Shown here: positions 33,964 to 39,273 of the stretch, in pieces
Layout: each line of letters opens with the position of its first letter
Position numbering within the stretch: the stretch's first letter is position 1
Origin: Candidatus Campbellbacteria bacterium
GTDB taxonomy: Bacteria; Patescibacteriota; Minisyncoccia; Phycocordibacterales; GCA-2747955
Length of the DNA stretch: 39,273 nucleotides
Direction of reading: 5' to 3'
NCBI GenBank assembly: GCA_002747955.1
Contig: PDQZ01000003.1
Coordinates: forward strand, 1 to 39,273
The notes under the pieces: generated by a model
Databases searched by the model: none
The model's input: the letters and a program-made list of their open reading frames with translations, nothing else
What the model was told of the DNA's origin: nothing
Program-made: the position numbers and the translations under genes

Positions 33964-35067
33964 TTAGATTAAGAATTCTATAACATCGCCGTCTCGAACT
34001 ATATACTCTTTCCCCTCTGTCCTCAACAACCCTTTCTCCCTGGCAACCTTTTTTGACCCACAAGCCAACAAATCTTTATAATCAATCACCTCGGCTCTAA
34101 TAAACTTATCTTTAAAGTCATTGTGAATAGCAGTTCCAGCTTCAGGCGCTGTTGATCCGTCTTTTACAGTCCAAGCTCGAGTTTCAGCTTTTCCAACTGT
34201 AAAATAAGAAATAAGCCCAAGTAAAGAATAACACTTTTTAATCAAAACATCGATTCCATCAAAGTCAGCTCCAAGCTCCTCTTTGTACAAAGTTTTTTCA
34301 TCGGGTGAAAAAGAGTTTAACTCTCCTTCGGTTTTACCGTCAATTACAATATATTTAAAATCATTTTCTGCAAAATAGTTCATCAAGTCATCCCAAAGCC
34401 CATCATCTTTCGAATCAACATTTTCTCCAGAAAAATCTTTGTTCAAAGCATACAAAATTGGTTTGTTTGTTAAAAGTTGCAAACCTTTTAAAGCTTTCTT
34501 CTGGTCATCTGAAAACTCATCTTCAAACTGAATAATAAACTTCTCATCGTTCAAAATTTCCTGACATCTTTTCAAAACCTTATCCAAAACTTTTGCATCA
34601 GCATCATTTCTTTTCAAATCTTTTTCATTTGATTGCATTCTTTTTTCAACCACTTGCTTGTCAGCCTCAATCAACTCCAAGTTAATAATTTCAATATCAG
34701 TTTTCGGATCAGTTCGTCCTTCAACGTGAATAATCTCAGGATCTTCAAAAATTCTTGATACATGCAAAATCGAATCAACATCTCGAATATTTGCCAAAAA
34801 CTGATTTCCCAAACCTTCTCCTTTCGAAGCCCCTTTTACAAGACCCGCAATGTCTACAAACTCAACAATAGCCGGAACAGTTTTTTCGGTTTCAGCCATC
34901 TCAGCAAGTTGGTGCAGTCTTTCATCTGGCACCTCAACCACTCCCACAGAAGGGTCAATAGTACAAAAAGGGTAATTTTGAGCATCAACTGACTTTTTTG
35001 TTAATGCATTAAACAAAGTTGACTTTCCAACATTTGGAAGTCCTACAATTCCTACTTTTAAACTCAT
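33964..35067 (-). CDS. ychF: Ribosome-binding ATPase YchF
   Basis: [63 protein letters not shown]. Confidence 0.97.
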   Translation of the reverse strand: MSLKVGIVGLPNVGKSTLFNALTKKSVDAQNYPFCTIDPSVGVVEVPDERLHQLAEMAETEKTVPAIVEFVDIAGLVKGASKGEGLGNQFLANIRDVDSILHVSRIFEDPEIIHVEGRTDPKTDIEIINLELIEADKQVVEKRMQSNEKDLKRNDADAKVLDKVLKRCQEILNDEKFIIQFEDEFSDDQKKALKGLQLLTNKPILYALNKDFSGENVDSKDDGLWDDLMNYFAENDFKYIVIDGKTEGELNSFSPDEKTLYKEELGADFDGIDVLIKKCYSLLGLISYFTVGKAETRAWTVKDGSTAPEAGTAIHNDFKDKFIRAEVIDYKDLLACGSKKVAREKGLLRTEGKEYIVRDGDVIEFLI

Positions 35068-35216
35068 AATTTTTTATTTATTTTTATATTATAACACATT
35101 TTCAAAAACAAAATATAACAGTACTTAAAATACTTTTACACTTGTTTTTAACATTTTTATACAAGTTTTTTTATTTTTCTAAAAACAAAATCAAAACATT
35201 ATGCTAAAATATTGTT

Positions 35217-36602
35217 ATGGATAAAAAAGATTTCAAAATACCACCACAAAATATTGATGCAGAAAAAGCCCTTTTGGGTTCTATTTTAGTAAAGTCAGAT
35301 TCGATTTACGAAATCATAGAACTCGTAACCCCAGACGCTTTTTACGCTGAAAAACACAAAATAATATATCAAGCCATTGTTGAACTTTTTAACAAAAACG
35401 AACCAATCGATCTTTTAACTTTAAGTACAATTTTAAAAAACAAAGGGGTTTTGGAATCAGTAGGCGGGGAAGAGTATTTAGCCGAACTTTCTGTTGCTGT
35501 TCCATCAGCTACAAACATCGAACATTACGCTAAAATCGTTCAAGACAAATCAATCAAAAGAAAAATCATCAAAGCCTCAGAAAACATCGCTCAAATTGGT
35601 TTTGACGAAGCAGAAGACACAGAAGTTTCTGTTGATCTAGCTGAAAAAGAAATTTTTGACATCTCCCAATCAGTCGGCTCATCTGATTTTCACTCAATCT
35701 CAGACTCAATTAAAGATGCCTACGAAAGACTTGAAAAACTTCAAGAAAACGAAGGAAAATTAAGAGGTGTTCCAACAGGCTTTGCATCTTTAGACTACAA
35801 ACTTTCAGGTTTTCAACCGTCAGACTTAATCATTCTTGCTGCTCGTCCATCTGTTGGTAAAACATCTTTAGCTTTAGATTTTGCACGGAAAATCGCTGTT
35901 GAAAATCAAAAAACTATCGCATTTTTCTCACTTGAAATGTCCAAAGAACAGTTAATCGACAGGCTTTTGTCAGCTGAAGCCATGATCGACTCTTGGAAAC
36001 TCAGAACAGGAAATATCAAAGAACAAGCAGACATTGACGCTATCAAAGACGCTGCAGCAAGGCTCGACAGTGCTAAAATTTTCATCGACGACAACTCTTA
36101 CAACAACGTTTTAAAAATGAAATCAGCAGCCAGAAAGTTAAAAAGAAAGCACGGACTTGATTTAATCATCGTTGATTATTTGCAACTTATGGCACCAATT
36201 AAAACAGGAAAAAATAGCTCACCTGTTCAAGAGGTTACAGAAATTTCAAGAGGTTTAAAACAACTTGCCAAAGAGCTTGACGTTCCAGTCATTGCTCTTT
36301 CACAGCTTTCTCGTAACATCGAACACAGGGGGGAAAATTCTGAACCAAGACTTGCAGACTTGCGTGACTCAGGATCAATTGAGCAAGATGCCGATGTTGT
36401 AATGTTTATTCACCGAAACAAATCAGAAGACGATGACAAAGCACGAGAACTTGAAACAAAACTTATTATTGAAAAACACAGAAACGGAGCCACAGGTGTG
36501 GTAAATATGTACTTTAACTCAGACAAAACTTCATTTACAGAACTTGACGAAAAACATTTTGCACAGGTTTCAAGCGGATCCGATGACGATTTTGAATTTT
36601 AA
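35217..36602 (+). CDS. dnaB: Replicative DNA helicase
   Basis: PPQNIDAE, LAARPSVGKT, FSLEMS, IVDYLQL, LSQLSR, DLRDSGSIEQDAD, KHRNGATG. Confidence 0.97.
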   Translation: MDKKDFKIPPQNIDAEKALLGSILVKSDSIYEIIELVTPDAFYAEKHKIIYQAIVELFNKNEPIDLLTLSTILKNKGVLESVGGEEYLAELSVAVPSATNIEHYAKIVQDKSIKRKIIKASENIAQIGFDEAEDTEVSVDLAEKEIFDISQSVGSSDFHSISDSIKDAYERLEKLQENEGKLRGVPTGFASLDYKLSGFQPSDLIILAARPSVGKTSLALDFARKIAVENQKTIAFFSLEMSKEQLIDRLLSAEAMIDSWKLRTGNIKEQADIDAIKDAAARLDSAKIFIDDNSYNNVLKMKSAARKLKRKHGLDLIIVDYLQLMAPIKTGKNSSPVQEVTEISRGLKQLAKELDVPVIALSQLSRNIEHRGENSEPRLADLRDSGSIEQDADVVMFIHRNKSEDDDKARELETKLIIEKHRNGATGVVNMYFNSDKTSFTELDEKHFAQVSSGSDDDFEF

Positions 36603-36617
36603 TGTTAAAATACAATT

Positions 36618-37226
36618 ATGAATAAAATTATTTTTGATATAGAAACAAGAAATATTTTCGCAGACGTAGGAAGTGACAATCCTGCTGATTTAGATATTTC
36701 AGTTCTTTCACTTTATGACTACAAAACCGATAAGTATTATTCTTTTTTACAAGAAGATTTTGACAAAATGTGGCCATTTTTTGAAAATGCAGATGTTCTG
36801 ATTACTTTCAATGGAAAACATTTCGATCTTCCGCTTTTACAAAAATATGCTCCCTTTGATCTAAGCAGAATTAAGCATTTGGACATTTTCCAAAAAGTTC
36901 AAGAAAGTATTGGGAGAAAAATTGGGCTTGATACAATTGCCAACCAAACACTTGGCGAGGCAAAATCAGCAAACGGACTTCAAGCAGTGGCTTGGTGGAA
37001 CGAGGGAAAAGTTGATGAAATCATCAAATATTGTGAAAAAGATGTAGAAGTTACAAAAAATGTTTACGAATATGCAAAGGAAAACAAAATTTTGTATTTT
37101 GAAGACAGAAACACAAAAGCAAAAACTGAAATAAAACTAAATCCTGAAACTTGGGAAGACCGAGAAAATTCTGAAAATGATTTATTTGGTTCAGCGGGCA
37201 ACAATGAGCCTTTAACCTTATTTTAA
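36618..37226 (+). CDS. RNase H-like (DEDD) 3'-5' exonuclease domain protein
   Basis: FDIET, TFNGKHFDLP, YCEKDV. Confidence 0.85.
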   Translation: MNKIIFDIETRNIFADVGSDNPADLDISVLSLYDYKTDKYYSFLQEDFDKMWPFFENADVLITFNGKHFDLPLLQKYAPFDLSRIKHLDIFQKVQESIGRKIGLDTIANQTLGEAKSANGLQAVAWWNEGKVDEIIKYCEKDVEVTKNVYEYAKENKILYFEDRNTKAKTEIKLNPETWEDRENSENDLFGSAGNNEPLTLF

Positions 37227-37291
37227 AAAAGTTAGAAATTAACCAAAACTTTTATTATAAAATTTTTGATTTTTTTAATAAAAAGAAAAAA

Positions 37292-37332
37292 GCCCGATTA
37301 TGACCCACACACCCACCCAGTCAAAATCGGGC
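37292..37332 (+). repeat. 15-nt-loop hairpin family copy
   Basis: GCCCGATTATGAC-CCACACACCCACCCA-GTCAAAATCGGGC. Confidence 0.9.
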
Positions 37333-37364
37333 TTTTAAACTTAAATTTTTTTTTAAAATTTTTC

Positions 37365-37397
37365 AAAGCCAAAACAGGCTTCGCTTGTTTTGGCTTT
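37365..37397. repeat. TTC/GAA triloop hairpin
   Basis: AAAGCCAAAACAGGC-TTC-GCTTGTTTTGGCTTT; resembles 8969-9003. Confidence 0.8.
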
Positions 37398-37494
37398 CAT
37401 TCTCCAAAAACCTCCAGAAAATTCTAAAAATCTCACCCACAACCCTCCATCAAAACCCCTTTCATTTTCTCACTTTTTCTGATAAAATAAATTT

Positions 37495-39273
37495 ATGAAA
37501 AACTTAAAAAATATAATAATAGCAACAGCAGTTCTAACTGCAACAACAGCAGGTTTTGTTTTGGCAGAACCTTGGACAAACCCAACAACAACAGCTCCAG
37601 GGGCAAACGCTGATTCACCAATCAACACATCAGCAAGCAACCAAACAAAACAAGGTGGATTAAGCCTGGGGTCTCTGTTGGTTAACAACAACGCTTCGGT
37701 TTTGGGAAATCTAGGAATTGGAACAAACCCACAAGTAAAGCTCCATGTTAAAGGCAATGCTAAAGCATTCGTTCTAGAGGGTAATGGCCATGTTTATATG
37801 GAATATCATCCAAAAGGTTATGCAGTAGGGCGTAAAGCTTATGTTGGTTTTGGAACTCCTTCAAAAAATGATTTTTATATAAACAATGAATACTCTTCTG
37901 GTGTGGATTTGACTTTAGCTGAAAATGGAAATATAGGAATCGGGACGGTAACTCCGAGCCAAAAACTTGACGTAAAAGGACATATTGAAGTAGATGGAGG
38001 TTACATAAGTTTAATCAAACCAGTTACAGCAGGAACATGGGCTCGAGGTTTACTTTTCAGATCAACAGAAACAGGAGCATATGAATCAGGTATTGGTTAC
38101 TATGGAACAGCAACAAACTTACAAAGAATGTTTCTTGGTTTTGGTGGTAACCCTTGGACATCAACAAAAGGAATGTATATTCTTCCAAATGGAAACATAG
38201 GAATCGGAACAGTGACCCCAAGCCGGAAACTTGATGTAAACGGAGAAATCATGACAAGAACAGGAACACTTTATCTAAGAAACAACACTCAATACCTTCA
38301 CGGAGACAACAACTCTGCTTTACACTACAGATCAAACCACTCATCTTATTCTCAAATGCTTTTCCGAGACAAAGAAGTATACGGAAGAGTATATGGTGCA
38401 GACAATGGTCAACACTTCGGTTTGCTTGATGCAGATGGAAACTGGTCATACCGTGCTACAAAAGACAATCACACAGCTTTCGTTATCAACAACTCAGAAA
38501 AAATGAGAATCCTTGCAAATGGAAATGTGGGAATTGGAACAACTTGGAACAACAGCTCCAAAACAAAAACTTGATGTAAAAGGACATATTAAAGTAGGAG
38601 GTGGTTCTATAAAAATGCATATTCCATCTACATGGACAGGAAAATGGGGTCAGGGTCTTTATTATAGAGACTCTGGTGCTGGGTTTGGATTAGCAGGAAA
38701 TGCTGATGAATTACGAAGAATATTTATGGGATTTGATGGTTCTATGCTAGGTATAAATGTTGTACCTAGTGGAAATGTAGGAATTGGAACAACAACTCCA
38801 AAAGAAAAACTCACAGTAAATGGTGGTATAAATGCAAAAAAAATGGAATTAGAGTATGGTTCTTTGATATTAGACCCTTCATGGGGCGGTAAGTGGAATC
38901 AAGGTGTTATCCATAAGTCTGGAGTAGCGAAATTTGGAATAAGTGGAAGTGGAGATGTAGTAAGTAAAGTATTTATGGGATTTAATGAAAATGGAGTAAA
39001 TGTTATACCTAATGGAAATGTGGGAATTGGAACATCAGCACCCTCATATAAATTACATGTAAACGGTGTAGCATACGCTTCATCTTGGAACACACCGTCT
39101 GACCTAAGATACAAAAAAGACATTAAAACTCTACCTTACATTTCTCAAAAGCACACAGGATTTATCGCTCAAGAACTTGAAAAACAAATTCCTTCTGTTG
39201 TAAAAACAGACAAAAAAGGTTACAAATCTGTAAACTACAACGAACTTGTTCCTTATTTGACAAAAGCTATTCA
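37495..39273 (+). pseudogene. Secreted tail-fibre-like GNxGIGT-repeat surface protein with C-terminal peptidase S74 chaperone domain; frameshifted, runs off window end
   Basis: Signal peptide, six GN(V/I/L)GIGT repeats, SDLRYKKDI...GFIAQE...VNYNELVP. The 10-bp duplication at 38534-38553 causes a stop at 38574; the alternate frame is open to 39273. Confidence 0.75.

Noticed and set aside
12395-37332. DNA uptake sequence explanation for the GCCCGA hairpins
   Set aside because: True uptake sequences are also abundant inside coding regions; I saw these motifs only intergenically. A genome-wide k-mer count would settle it.
1657-39123. Many 60-130 aa ORFs in the track antisense to or overlapping real genes (e.g. 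1657-1839, 5640-6005, 11420-11671, 32590-32817, 37470-37757)
   Set aside because: Shadow ORFs of Lys/Glu-rich AT-biased genes; Phe/Ser-rich, no start signals, fully overlapping well-supported CDSs
1-39273. Alternative genetic code (TGA recoded) and tRNA/rRNA genes
   Set aside because: Conserved genes are intact under code 11 and TGA ends ORFs at sensible positions (14339, 10204); no cloverleaf or rRNA-like segment was recognised

Overview
AT-rich bacterial chromosomal window using the standard genetic code (TGA is a stop codon). Gene content, streamlined proteins and the C-terminal surface protein point to a Patescibacteria/CPR (Parcubacteria-like) genome; this is inference, not a computed placement. 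Housekeeping genes are pheS, pheT, rplU, recJ, argS, thiI, rpmB, rsmI, ftsW/rodA, pgk, xth, ruvA, comM, ychF and dnaB. They are interleaved with lineage-specific ORFs and a very rich set of intergenic palindromes. No rRNA, tRNA, CRISPR array, transposase, integrase or reverse transcriptase was seen. Main observations: (1) an unannotated 0.85-kb array of five 29-42 aa single-TM peptide genes with strong SD sites, two consensus promoters and three terminators; (2) three copies of a covarying ~90-125 nt bulged hairpin between comM and ychF; (3) a dispersed hairpin family with covarying stems and a conserved 15-nt C/A loop, plus GAA-triloop hairpins and two ~100-bp near-perfect palindromes; (4) a uORF/antiterminator/terminator attenuator upstream of an ABC-F gene; (5) a YibE/F, CooC-like, Cys/His-rich and Fur cluster with a perfect 21-bp operator; (6) an ORF resembling DGR variable proteins; (7) a mosaic GNxGIGT-repeat/S74 surface protein frameshifted by a 10-bp duplication; (8) leaderless housekeeping genes versus SD-led ORFans. 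All coordinates and pairings were read by eye.
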